Assembly: GCA_951406725.2 (NCBI GenBank)
Contig: OX597827.1
Location: 55,056,001-55,120,000 of the forward strand
Reading direction: 5' to 3'
From: Octopus vulgaris
Lineage: Eukaryota
DNA: 64,000 bases
Position numbers and translations under genes: made by a program. This document shows positions 37,223 to 49,593 of this stretch, piece by piece (the stretch's first letter is position 1; each line of letters opens with the position of its first letter). The notes below the pieces were generated by a model. The model was given only the letters and a program-made list of their open reading frames with translations, was not told the DNA's origin and did no database searches.

Positions 37223-37449
37223 TTAACCCTTTAGTATTTAAACCGGCCATATCCGGCCAAAATATTTAATCTGTTTTATGTTCAAACTGACCAGATCCAG
37301 GATCTCACACCTACCCTACAATGTTATTCTACATTAAGTAATTACACCATCAAGATCTTGAAGATATGAGATAATGCATGACTAATTCAAATCAATGGGA
37401 ATCAATAGGCATTATGTTTGATAGAATAATCTGAACACTAAAGGGTTAA
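37223..37449 (+). mobile_element. TTAA MITE family F inserted in an RTE tail fragment
   Basis: TTAA|ccctttag...ctaaaggg|TTAA, 219 bp between TSDs; flanks rejoin to ttgggcatagtt/acagctgaatgcc. Confidence 0.88.
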
Positions 37450-39889
37450 ACAGCTGAATGCCTTTAGTATTAATAAATTTTTCTTAAAATTACAGAATTT
37501 GTTTTGAAATAAGATTATTTATGTTATTTCATTAGAAATTGTTGGATTGTGTTGGTCTATTCCAAGTGATCTTTAATCCAAGTAATCTTTAAAATATTTG
37601 AACAAATCCAATATGATCAAAATTTTTACTATTTATCCCAGTATGTTACAGTTACTAATTTTTTAAAGTTTGAAGGCAAGTATTCTAGAGAAGAGAATAA
37701 ATTCCTGTTGAATCAAGAATGCAACAGTTTTGTTTCTCAGTTGATGCAAGTCCATTTCACTTATTCTGCTGGAAAAGCATGGCCATCATAATATCTTGTT
37801 CTCCTTCCTACCTTCATTTTAAAATCTCTATTAGAAAAAAACCCAATAAATACATAAATTCTAGGAACATTTAAATGTTCATTACCAATCCAGTATATGA
37901 ACTGACTACATTTGAATATTGTCAGAAAGATTAGTGAATAGTCTAATATATGTAGTTATACCAGAAATATTTCAAGAAGTTCAATAAGATTCTGAGTCTT
38001 CTTTATAATTAGGAGCATATCCTGAAATCTAGAGTGAGATATATATGACAATATATGGTTATACTGATAATTTGAGTATTATGCATTGCAATATCAAAAG
38101 TATATCCTAAAATTCTCCGGCTATAAACTGACAATGATCAAAATTAACATATCTGCACAAAAGACTGAGTGGTGCCTTTCTTATTCAGAATAATAACACA
38201 ATAAAGAAAATATTCTAGAACTTCAGACATAACAAGGCGTCTACAGTATCACATAATTCCATAGCAGAAGAAAATTTAAATCAACAGTAGAGTAAAAGAA
38301 ATATGTTAGTGCTACTTAAGTCTAAAAATATGGATACTTGCTTAGAAGTCACTAAAATCTGTTGAGTTGTAAAGATTCCAGATTTTTCAAGCCAGGAATT
38401 CTCTCTTGTGTATTTGTCTTTCAATTTCTTCTGCTATTTAATTTGTAGCCAATGTTTTGTTAACTGGCAAGCTATCAAAGATTGTATTATTGTGTCTAGC
38501 TTCTTTATTTCAAATTCTCCTAAGATTGTGATTTAGTTGGATTCATTTTACGACAATAATATTTATTTAAATTTCCATTTTGGTCCCGTTTTACTTTTCG
38601 TTTTCGTTTTCTTTCATTCCTTCTTCAGCTGCTTGTTTCAACTTAGATAGATATGTATCAATTGAAAAAGAAATCTAAACGAAGATTGTGCTAAATAATG
38701 ATATCAAATGAAAGCTCTGCAAATAATATTGTAAACAGACATTTGGATCTAATGTAGCTTAGATCTTCCTGTAATCTCTCTCCCTCCCTCTCTCTCACAC
38801 CCATATATACTCTAAGTAATATCTATACTAGTAGCTTTCAGTCTGCTCAGTAGGATTCATTAGAGGGATAATTGGGATTTTAGGCAGCTTGGCTGATATA
38901 TCATCATCAACATCAAACAACTGTTTTCCATACTGACATGGGTGGGATGGCTTGACAGGAACTAGCAAGCCCAAATGCCACACTGGGCTCCATAATCTGT
39001 TTTGGCATGGTTTTTATGGCTGGATGCCCTTCCTAACACTTATATTATATATATGCATGTGTGTGAAATGTATTCACTGAAGGTCTTAAGTAAGGAGATG
39101 TAATTATATTTCAACATCTATCTTCCATGCTAGTTTAACAGGTGATGGTTTAACAGGGTCCAACAGGTCAGAAGACTGCATTGTGCTCCAATGTCTGCCT
39201 TGGCGTGGTTTCTACAGCTGGTTCTTTTCTTAATGCTAACCACTTATAGAGTGCATTTTTCAAGGTGCTATCACTAATGAAGCTGCCCTGTAGCTTGTAA
39301 GACTAGGATCGCCGTTGGCAATGTGATTATGAGTCAAATAACTCACTGAGTTGGAAGGGCCTTAGGTATATGTTGATGTAGTCTATCCTTAGTTCTGTCT
39401 ATTCCTAGCATTATGTATAAAAGAGGTAATGGATTAACAAAATTATTAGAGTGCTTGACAAAAATGCTTTGTAATATTCATTTCTGATCTAAACATTCTG
39501 AGTTCAAATCCTGCCATTGTGAACTTTGCCTTTCATCTCTCTGGAGTGAATAAAATAAAGTACCACTCAAGTACAAGTTTGATTTAACCAAAGAACTGCT
39601 CCTCTCAAATTTGTAGCCTTGTGCCTATCATCTTCATTTTAACATCCACTTTTCCATGCTTGCATGGGTCAGAATTTTTAGAGGCAAGTTTTCCTTTGTT
39701 AGAAATAATTATTTAAAAGATAATAATACAGGAAAGATAGGGAAAAAATTTAGAATAACAACAAACCCAAAACTTCTTTAAGAATGTTTTTATTCACAAA
39801 TGCATCTCACTCCATTCTTAAGCAATCCCAAAGCTTGCAGAAAGGAAGGTAGTAATAACTATTTAATGAACCTTGAATCTGTATCAATA

Positions 39890-40185
39890 GTGAGGGCACA
39901 TGGTTCAGTGATTAGAGCATCGGGCTCATAATCACGAGGTAGTGAGTTTGATTCCCAGACCAAACTGTGTTCATTTATCTGTAAATATGAGTTACGATGT
40001 TACTGGTACCACGCTGTATTGGCCTTTGCTTTTCGCTTGGATAACATCAGTAGTGTGGAGAAGGTGGGGGGGCTGGTATGCATGGGTGACTGCTGTATTC
40101 TATAAACAGCCTTGCCGGACTTGTGCCTCAGAGGAGAACTTTCTAGGTGCAATCCCATGGTCATTCTTGACTGAAGGGGATCTTT
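39890..40185 (+). mobile_element. SINE family D (internally deleted)
   Basis: tRNA-like head plus tail shared with 15300-15631. Confidence 0.8.
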
Positions 40186-40874
40186 ACGCTTTAATCTATA
40201 ACACTATTATTACAGTAAACACACACACTTATATGTATGTTAGTGTTGGGCCCCCACCAGCACTTGACAACTGGTGTTGGTTTGTTTGCATTCCCATAAT
40301 TTAGTGGTTTGGCAAAAGACAATGGCATAAGTATCAGGCTTAAAAATAAGTACTGGGGTCATTTTTTTCCCCCTAAACCTTTCAAGGCAATGCCTTAGCT
40401 TGGCCACAGACCAGTGAATGAAACAAGTAAAATATAAAGGATAAGGCACCATTTTTTTGGTTGGTTTACTTGCTAATGCTTTTATCGTTTGCTGGTATAC
40501 ATTGACGTTTGTCCAAGGTGCTACGCAGTAGGACTGAACCCAAAACCACATGGTTTTAAAATGAGCTTCTTAATTGTTACAGCCATGCCTGTATCTCCTA
40601 ACATATTTGTTTTCATCTGTCAAATTCTACAAATAAAGTATTAGCCCACACGAAACACTTGCCCAAAGTACTGCGAGATAGAATTGAACACAGAACCTTG
40701 TGATTGTGAAACAAATTTTTTATCCATACAACTGTGCCTGTTTATCTACTTAAAGTCGATCCAACAATGCAATAAGAGGTGTAGGGAGAGGGAACAATTA
40801 AAATCTTCATAATTATTAACTTTGTAGTTATTCTTCATATTTAAAATTTTTTTTTTCTCTTCTTTGTCTTTCAG

Positions 40875-41542
40875 GATCAGCAAACCCTTCTCAGACTCGA
40901 AGGTTACGCCCAGCTTCTGCCTGTATTGCTAACAGCAGTGGTAGTAGTGGTTTAACAGTAGCTCTGCCACCTCGTGTTTCTACTGCCCCTTCCACGCCTA
41001 CCCAGTATCATGCCAACAATACTATCAGCAACAGCAATCCTAACAACAACAACAACAATAACATCTTGTCACCTTCATCACCAACTGCAGCCATGTCAAC
41101 ATTGGTACTACGCAGTCTCAGTATGCCTCCTCCATCAACATCATCGTCATCATCCACATCATTCCACACGTCCCAAACTACAGCCAACACATCGCCGGTT
41201 GAAGGTCAGAGTCTGATGAGCACTTTCTCTGCCCTTCCAGTGTCTGCTTCTTCAATTCAAAACAGAGGAGGACAAGCAAACCCCTATCTCTCCTTCCCTT
41301 CAACTTTCGACTCTGGCCTGGCTTCCATAAATAGCTCGGCCTCCGATGATAGTCCTATTGTAGACAATGAGAGCAATGAGTGTAACGTCTGTTATGAACG
41401 TCCAATAAACTCTGTACTCTACACTTGCGGTCACATGTGTATGTGTTTTGAATGTGCTCTGGCTGTGAAACAGGAACGTGGCGCCCTCTGCCCCATATGC
41501 AGACAGGAAATCAAAGATGTTATCAAGACATTTCGCTCTTGA
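40875..41542 (+). CDS. neur: neuralized-family E3 ligase, terminal exon (low-complexity linker + C3HC4 RING)
   Basis: Strong polypyrimidine acceptor ...tctttgtctttcAG; open frame (G)SANPSQTRRLRPASAC...NNNNNNN...CNVCYERPINSVLYTCGHMCMCFECA...CPICRQEIKDVIKTFRS*. The RING closely matches neuralized RINGs (SVLY.CGHMCMC). Confidence 0.95.
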
Positions 41543-43800
41543 GAAGTTTCCAAAACAAAGAAGCATCTTTTTTTTTAAAAAAAAAAACATTACTTTAGTG
41601 TAGGTTATTCAAAGGGAAAGGTTGTATTTTATCCAAAAAGTTTCTGGTGTGGTGTATGATTCCAGAGGGTTCTCGGTCCAGGTAATATCTATAATTTGAC
41701 AATTTCTCACCAATACATGCATTACTACACCCAACTTGTGTAAAGAGCTTCCTTCCAAAGAGTACCTTACTTCAGATATATCGCTATTGGTCAGCCGCCA
41801 CGAACCAGCTGGTTTAAGCTGACCCTGGTTCCAAGCAAACACTTTGAGAAGTATTAATGGCTGGTTCCAAAACGAATGGACAAACAAACAATAAAATGGA
41901 TTATAGAATGGATTATAGGATTAAAGAATTATATTTGTAAACATAACATATAAAATAAAAAGTCTTTTTCATTTTATTTTCATTTTTTTTCGGTCGCAAA
42001 ATGTTTCAAAAATAAAGGAAAAAATGAATTTTGCTTAGTTTTTTTCTCTTCAAGAAATAGAGCTGTAAGTATTCTATATTAACACGACTAACATTGCACT
42101 CTGTTATTAATACACACACACACACACAATACGTGAATGTACACATATCTTGAAAAAATCACAGCCTTATTTAACAGTCAGAAGTCAGTTCTTAATTGCA
42201 TTTTTTTTTAATATTTTAATCTAACGACAACAGAAACTAAAAAAAATTGAAACACAAGTTTTCTGAATGGTAATGAGGTGTGTCTTAGATTTTCTTTTTG
42301 TCTTTTTTGTTTTGTTTTTTTTTATTCCAAACTTATTGAAAATGTCACATAAATCTACTAATTATAATCAACTTAATATTCAGAATCATTTCACAGTTGG
42401 TTTGAAAACACTATAGTGTAATTCCTAAGGTGGCTTTAGGAATTTTTTTTTTTTTTTAAATTTTTGTGTGTTTGTGTTTAATTCTTTCTTTCTTTTTTTT
42501 TTTTTGTTGCTATTGCAAAATTTCTTTTCAAACACATTTCGCTTTCTGAGACAAAATGTATGAAACAGAAAATACAGAAATACGGAATCAGTAAACAGTT
42601 ACTGAAACCAGAGATCTAAGCTACAAAAATGTAAATATTTAAAAAAAAAGAAAAGAAAAGAAAAAGAAGAAATTACTTGTAAAGATAAAATAGATTGTAA
42701 AAATATTTTTTTAAGAAACTGCAGAAACACATTCTTTGGTTATTGTGCAACAAAATACATTTTTTAAAAAAAACCTGTTGAATTTTAAGCTTCAATTTTA
42801 TGAAATTGCTTCACTGAAAGTCAACTAAAAATTTAAGCTTATTAGATAGCATCTCATATGTGACCATCTCTGATTCCATGATGCACCACCTCACATTTTC
42901 AAGAATTCACATTTAAAACATTCCATTATAGTTTTATCTAGGAACTTTTTTTTTTCTTCCAATTACCAGTTTGCTATGAGCAGAAGGTTGATTCATTTTC
43001 AAAACGAATTGAAACAGATAGTGCTTTCTTGGCTATTAATATGATCATGAAAGGGTTCATGGTATATTACTTAATTTGTGTTACTATCTTACTATTAATT
43101 ATAGAATCAGTTGACATCTCTCATTTGCAATGTCTTCATATTCCAATGTAATAACAAACAAGCAAAAAAAGAACCTTGGGTTTACTCTACAAGGCCTTAA
43201 CTATGGATAAGCTATTAAGGCCTAGAGAGAATTAATAGATGTTATTGCTAGGAATTTAACACAAACAAATTTAAAGACTCAATCCAAAGTGATGCAATGG
43301 TGATAATAAAAAATATCAATAATGCTATCTTACAGCTAATTTCTCCTTTTGGTTTTTGTTTTTTATTCTTCATAGATGATATCCTCGCTTCTGTTGTGTT
43401 AAAGAAATGGAAAGTATAAAAATACTAGTTTGTTGCATGAGTTTACTGAAAAAATTTGCTCGGGCAGGATTTGAACTCAAAATTATGAGCTATATCAAGT
43501 ATTCAATCAGTCCAGATGTAGAACAAACCTGCTTTTCCATCCTTTTTCTTGGTCATGTATTTATTTTATCACTATCTAAGTGGAGTAATAAAAGAGGCAA
43601 AAATAATCTGGGTAACATTTCAGCCACACACACACAAAAATGATAAAACAGAAGTTATTAATTCCAAAGTTGTTCTTTTACTGCTAAAAAGAAAACTTTT
43701 GCTATGAGCAGAAAATATATTACAGAAATAAAATATAAAGCTTTTGATAATAGTGCGAGCTGCTGACAATTAATTGTCCTTCACTGATGAGATTTTATAA
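41543..43800 (+). other. probable neuralized 3' UTR
   Basis: About 2.3 kb nearly free of interspersed repeats, U/A-run rich, AATAAA at about 41890, 41954, 42011, 43304, 43587 and 43727. The true end is unknown. Confidence 0.6.
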
Positions 43801-44377
43801 GTTCTGAGAATGTTTCTGTCATTATGTTAATGATATAAAAAAGCATTCAGGTTATTCTGTCAAATGTAATGCTTATTTGCAGACATTGTTTTGAATTAAT
43901 AATGCATCATCTTGTAGCTTCGAGATTTCAAGGAGGTGATTATTTATTTTTAGAATGACATTGTATGATAGGTGTGAGAGACCAGATCTGGTTGATTTAA
44001 ATATAAAACAGATAGAATATTTGGACCAGATATGATTGGTTTATATGCTAAAGGGTTGATGCTAAACAATGGCTTGATACTTTAGACTAAACTTAACACA
44101 CTACATCCCTGGTACAATTATTTCTTACTGAATTTTATTTTCTTGAAAAAATTTCATGCAAAGACTTTCTTAATGTTCTATTCTATCAGTATTTTCAAAT
44201 TTTGATTTACATGCACCAAATTAAATCAGAAATGTAATTCCAACATTTTTATTTGAATTAACATTGTTTCATTCCAGGTACTTTTTAATTGCTTATATAT
44301 GGAGACAACCCTATTACAAATTCAACATACTTATCATAACTTGCAGACATTTCTTCTATTTTCAATGCTAATTTCAT

Positions 44378-44663
44378 ACATATATATATATATATATATA
44401 CATGTATAAATTTTTGTATACATGTATATGCATGTGTGTGTGTGTATATATATATATATATGTATGTATGTATGCATGTATATGTATGTATGTATGCATG
44501 TATATGTATGTATGTATGCATGTATATGTATGTATGTATGCATGTATATGCATATATGTATGTATGTATGCATGTATATGCATATATGTATGTATGTATG
44601 CATGTATATGCATATATGTGTGTATGTATATTTGTGTATGCATGTATATATATACACACACAC
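44378..44663. repeat. higher-order (TATG/GCAT) microsatellite-derived minisatellite
   Basis: gcatgtatatgtatgtatgtat 22-nt units followed by 30-nt units. Confidence 0.9.
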
Positions 44664-44777
44664 AGTAGAATAAGAAATATAAAATCTTTGGTACAGTATT
44701 ATATACTTTAAAAAAATGAAAAGAAATGGCTTTCAGTGGAAAAATTATCAGAAAAGCCATTTCTATTCTTTTTTCAA

Positions 44778-44824
<47 letters not shown>

Positions 44825-45327
44825 CATGTGTGTGTGTGCATATATAATAATAATAACATAACTTTTAAGAAAACCTTTAAGTAACACAGGTGAGTAGTTA
44901 GGCTCAATATCTAAGGCGATGCCAATAAAGACAAGATATTGGATCACCCTACTTTAGTTTAATACTTCTAAATGAAACTTTCCTTTATCAAATACAAGAG
45001 AAAAAAATAATGCAATAGTTAGGATAAAATGCATTATTATTGGCACATTACACCACAATGGCCTGCTGATAATACTTTATCTCCAGAGTGTTAGATTATC
45101 TTTTCTCTTATATTTGATGAAATGAAGATTTCTCAGAATAGAATAGAAGCATTAAAGAATTAAACTACCAAAGTAGAATGACAGAACATCTTGTCTTTTT
45201 CTTATTTATTTATCACCTTGCAGATTTTGCCTAAGTTCTTGCCTGCATTGCTTAAACATCTTCTTTAAAAGCATTTACATCATTACAATGCTTGAAGCCA
45301 ATCACAGTACATATATATATAGTCACA

Positions 45328-45710
45328 GGAGTGGCTGTGTGGTAAGTAGCTTGCTTATGAACTACATGGTTCCAGGTTCAGTCCCACTGTGTGGCACCTT
45401 GGGCAAGTGTCTTCTACTATAGCCTTGGGCTGACCAAAGCCTTGTGAGTGGATTTGGTAGATGGAAACTGAAAGAAGCCTGTCATATATATGTATATATA
45501 TATGTGCTTGTGTGTCTGTGTCTGTCCCCCCAACATCATTTGACAACCAATGCTGGTGTGTTTACGTTCCCGTAACTTAGCGGTTTGGCAAAAGAAACCG
45601 ATAGAATAAATACTAGGCTTACAAAGAATAAGTCCTGGGGTCGATTTGCTTGACTAAAGGTGGTGCTCCAGCATGGCCACAGTCAAATGACTGAAACAAG
45701 TAAAAGAGTA
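45328..45710 (+). mobile_element. full-length SINE family A
   Basis: As 12137-12556. Confidence 0.9.
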
Positions 45711-45847
45711 TATATATATATATAATATTTATTTAATCTTTAAGCTTATAAGTGTTCACCATGTATTGGCTAAAGAAAATAGTCTAATATATAGTGAACA
45801 CTTCTATGCTTGAAGATTATTATTGTTATCTTCAGAATTTTCACTTC

Positions 45848-48800
45848 CAAGAAGTAAGGTGGAGAGGAGGTTCCACTAGGTTCCTCACAGGCAAAGAACA
45901 CAGGTACAAGATTTTCCTGGCCTGGGAACACTGACAGGGTCGGGGGCGTGGAGAAATGGGTTGATAAGGTAATCGAGGTAGTCAGAGTATCCAACAATAT
46001 TTAAGATTAGATTAGTGTTTCATCATGGGTTAGCAATCTTTATCTCAGCCTATGCTCCTCAGCCAGGTTACCTGACGGACAAAAAGACCGATTTTATGAC
46101 ACCCTCTTGCAGACTACCTTGTTGATGAATAACAGGGACCTCCTCTTTGTGGCTGGTGATTTCAATGGACATGTTGGACAACATGCAGGGGGTCTTCCAT
46201 GGCATACATGGAGGCTATAGTTTTGGTTCCCGCAGTGAGGAGGGAACCAGGCTGCTAGAGTTCTGCAATGCAAATGATCTTATGGTTTGCAATACTAACT
46301 TCAGGAAACCTGCCAGTCACCTACCATTCTGGCAGACACACTAGCCAAATTGACTACATCCTCGCCAGAAAAAGGGAAAGATGGCTGCTTATAAATGCCA
46401 AAAACCTTCCCAGGCAAAGAATGTACCCCACAACATAGACTAGTAGTTAGCAATTTCAGGATCAGGGCTAAATGGATGACCAGCATAGAGGAGAAGGGTC
46501 TGGAAGCTAAAAGATCTTGTGAATAGACAGATTTAGAGACGTATTACTCGAAGCCTTTGACAAAATAGAAGGGGATATAGCATCACATGATGTGGAAGAC
46601 AACTGGAGGTTTCAACGAGACAACCTGCTGAGGGCTGCAGACCAGATCTGTGGATGGTGCAAAGTCCCCTCTCAATCCAAGGTAACATGGTGATGGAACA
46701 ATGTTGTTGACAGGGCTATTAGAGAAAAGAAACAGACTTGGAAGGACTGGAAGAACAGTAGTAGCAGGGAATTGTATCAGACTGCCAGAAGGAAAGCTAG
46801 GAGACAGGTTTATTTAGCCAGAAGGGAAGCAGATAAGAAAAAATTTGCCAATGTTCTGCACCGTGAGGACCAAAGACTTGAGGTATTTCATGTTGCAAGA
46901 CAGTGTGTAAGAGAGAATCATAATGTCGTAGGAGAGAAATGTGTCCACATGGATGATGGTTCACTTGCACTAAATGAGGCTGCAAAGAGAGGTTTGGAGA
47001 TGCCACTATGAAAGGTTGCTCAATAAAGAGAATGAATGGGAGAAAGTGAGTCTGCCGAATGTCAACCCAACAGAGGGACCAGCTATCCAAATTGACAGGA
47101 CCTTGTAGATAAAGCAATTAAGGGTATGAAGACAGGGAAAGCCCCCGGCCCATCAGGAATCACTGCAGAGATGCTCAAAATATCTGGCGGTGTCGGCTAT
47201 AGCTTAGTCACCTATATAGTTAACCAGGTGATACATGAAGGAGTCATACCCAATGACTGGTGTAGCAGCACTATACTCAGCTGCTACAAAGGTAAAGGTG
47301 ATGCTTCAGATACAAATAATTACAGAGGTATCAAGTTGATGGATCAGGTAATGAAGATCACAGAGAGGGTCATAGCCCAACTAATTAGGGAGAGAGTCAG
47401 TTTAGATAAGATGCAGTTTGGGTTCATGCCAGGGAAAAGCACCACTGATGCCATATTTCTGGTAAGACAGCTGCAGGAGAAATACCTGGCCAAAGATAAA
47501 CCTCTGTACCTGGCTTTTGTTGATATGGAGAAAGCCTTTGACAGGGTCCCGCGAACCCTTATCTGGTGGTCAATGAGGAAACTAGGGATAGATGAATGGT
47601 TAGTGAGAGCTATGCAAGCCACGTACAGGGATGCTGTCAGTAAGATGAGTGTTGGCAACAAGTACAGTGAAGAGTTCCGAGTAGAGGTAGATGTATACCA
47701 AGGATCTGTCCTCCAGGCAATAATAGAGGAATTCAAGACAGGATGCCCCTGGGAGCTCCTCTATGCTGATGACCTTGCTCTAATTGCTGAGTCACTATCA
47801 GAACTAGAGGAAAAGTTTCAAGTGTGGAAACAAGGATTAGAATCGAAGGGCCTTAGAGTCAACCTGGCTGAAACCAATCTTAATAAGTAGGAAGGCAGAC
47901 AAACCAAAAATCCCTTCAAGTAGATGGCCCTGCTCAATCTGTAGAAAAGGCATAGGTAGAAACTCTATAAGATGTACCCAGTGTAAGCTATAGACACATA
48001 AAAGGTGCAGCAATATTAAAGGGAGGCTAACTGGGAAGATAGTTTGTGTATGTGGCAAATGCTCAGGTGCTATAAACACTGAAAATGTGCAAAGAACAGC
48101 ATCTGCCACATTCCAGGGAGAAAAACTAGTAGTAGTTGATAACTTCCGTTACCTAGGAGACCAAGTCACTAGCAGGTGTGGATGCTCTGAAAGTGTAGCT
48201 GCTAGAATAAGAATAGCCTGGGTGAAGTTCAAACAGCTCCTACCTCTGCTGGTGACAAAGGGCCTCTCGCTCAGAGTAAAAGGTAGAATGTATGACGCAT
48301 GTGTGCAAACCGCCATGCTACATGGCTGTGAAACATGGGCCGTGACTGCTGAGAACATGCGTAAGCTTGCAAGGAATTTAGCCAGTATGGAACCTGTGGA
48401 AGAGGTAGACTCAGGAAAACCTGGGATGAGGTGGTGAAGCACGACTTTCGAACATTGGGCCTTACTGGGGCAATGTCTAGTGACCGGGACCTTTAGAGAT
48501 ATGCTGTGCTTGAGAAGACCCGACAAGCCAAGTGAGACCATAGCCCATGGCCTATGCCAGTGGGTGTAACCAGCCCATTTATGAATACCCCTCATTCATT
48601 GGACAATAAACCTTGCTTGTGAAGACCTATTGAGGCAAGTGAAATCAAAATCAAAATTGCTGCCATGGCCAATGACAGTACTGCCTGATTGGCATTCATG
48701 CCAGTGGAATGTTAAAAGCACATCCAAGCGTGATCGTTGCCAGGGCCATGGATTGGCTCCTGTGCGGGTGACACGTGAAAAGCACAATCATAGCCAGCGT

Positions 48801-49134
48801 TGCCTTACCGGCTCATGTGCCGATGGAACATGAAAAACATTTGAGCATGGTCGTTGCCAGTACCACCAGACTGGCTCCTGTGCAGGAAGCACATAAAAAC
48901 ACCTTTTGAGCGTGAGCATGGTCGTTGCCAGAACCACCTGACTGACCTTTGTACCAGTGGCATGTAAAAAGCACCCACTACACTCTCGGAGTTGTTGGCA
49001 TTAGGAAGGGCATCCAGCTGTAGAAACTTTGCCAGACCAGATTGAGCCTGGTGCAGCCTCTGGCTCATCAGTCCTCAGTCAAACCGTCCAACCCATAACA
49101 GCATGGAAAGCAGATGTTAAACGATGATGATGAT
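45848..49134 (+). mobile_element. 5'-truncated RTE-clade LINE (APE endonuclease + reverse transcriptase), inactivated
   Basis: EN motifs QEVRWRG, SAYAPQ, VAGDFNGHVG, QIDYIL. RT motifs KAPGPSGITAEMLK, NYRGIKL, QFGFMPGKSTTDAIF, FVDMEKAFDRV, QGSVL, LLYADDL. Several stops, frameshifts and deletions; ORF ends near 48535; 3' UTR ends in (GAT)n. Confidence 0.95.
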
Positions 49135-49197
49135 ATATACTTATTTATATATATATATATGCATTAAATGAAAAAATGGTGGCAAGTGAAAATATAT

Positions 49198-49232
<35 letters not shown>

Positions 49233-49236
49233 CACA

Positions 49237-49593
49237 GGTGTGGGTGTGTGGAAAGAAGCTTACTTCCCAACCATATGGTTCTAGGTTCAGTCCCACTGCA
49301 CAGCAACTTGGGCAAGTGGCTTCTATAGCTTCATGCCAACCAAAGCCTTACGAGTAGATTTGGTAGACAGAAACTGAAAGAAGCTCATATATATATGTGT
49401 ATGTATATATTTAGAGTCTGTGTTTGTCCCCTCGCCATCACTTGACAACCAATGCCGGTGCATTTATGACTCCATAACTTAGCAGTTCAGAAAAAGAGAC
49501 CAATCAAATAAGCACTAAGCTTACAAAATATAAGTCCTGGGGTCAATTTCTGTAACTGAACCGTTTAAGGTGAAACAAGTAAAAGAATAAAAG
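49237..49593 (+). mobile_element. SINE family A, diverged
   Basis: Family A head and body. Confidence 0.8.

Noticed and set aside
41066-41542. 158-aa ORF as a stand-alone RING gene
   Set aside because: It starts at TTG within a frame open from the splice acceptor at 40875; it is the last exon of neuralized.
41540-41590. Stop-codon readthrough of neuralized
   Set aside because: The context is TGA-G rather than the leaky TGA-CTA type, and the downstream frame hits a stop within about 12 codons.
41543-43800. Notch-pathway K-box/Brd-box/GY-box motifs in the UTR
   Set aside because: I did not find exact TGTGAT, AGCTTTA or GTCTTCC matches by eye.
47344-48595. Minus-strand ORFs of 130, 90 and 148 aa
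   Set aside because: Antisense shadows of the LINE ORF2.
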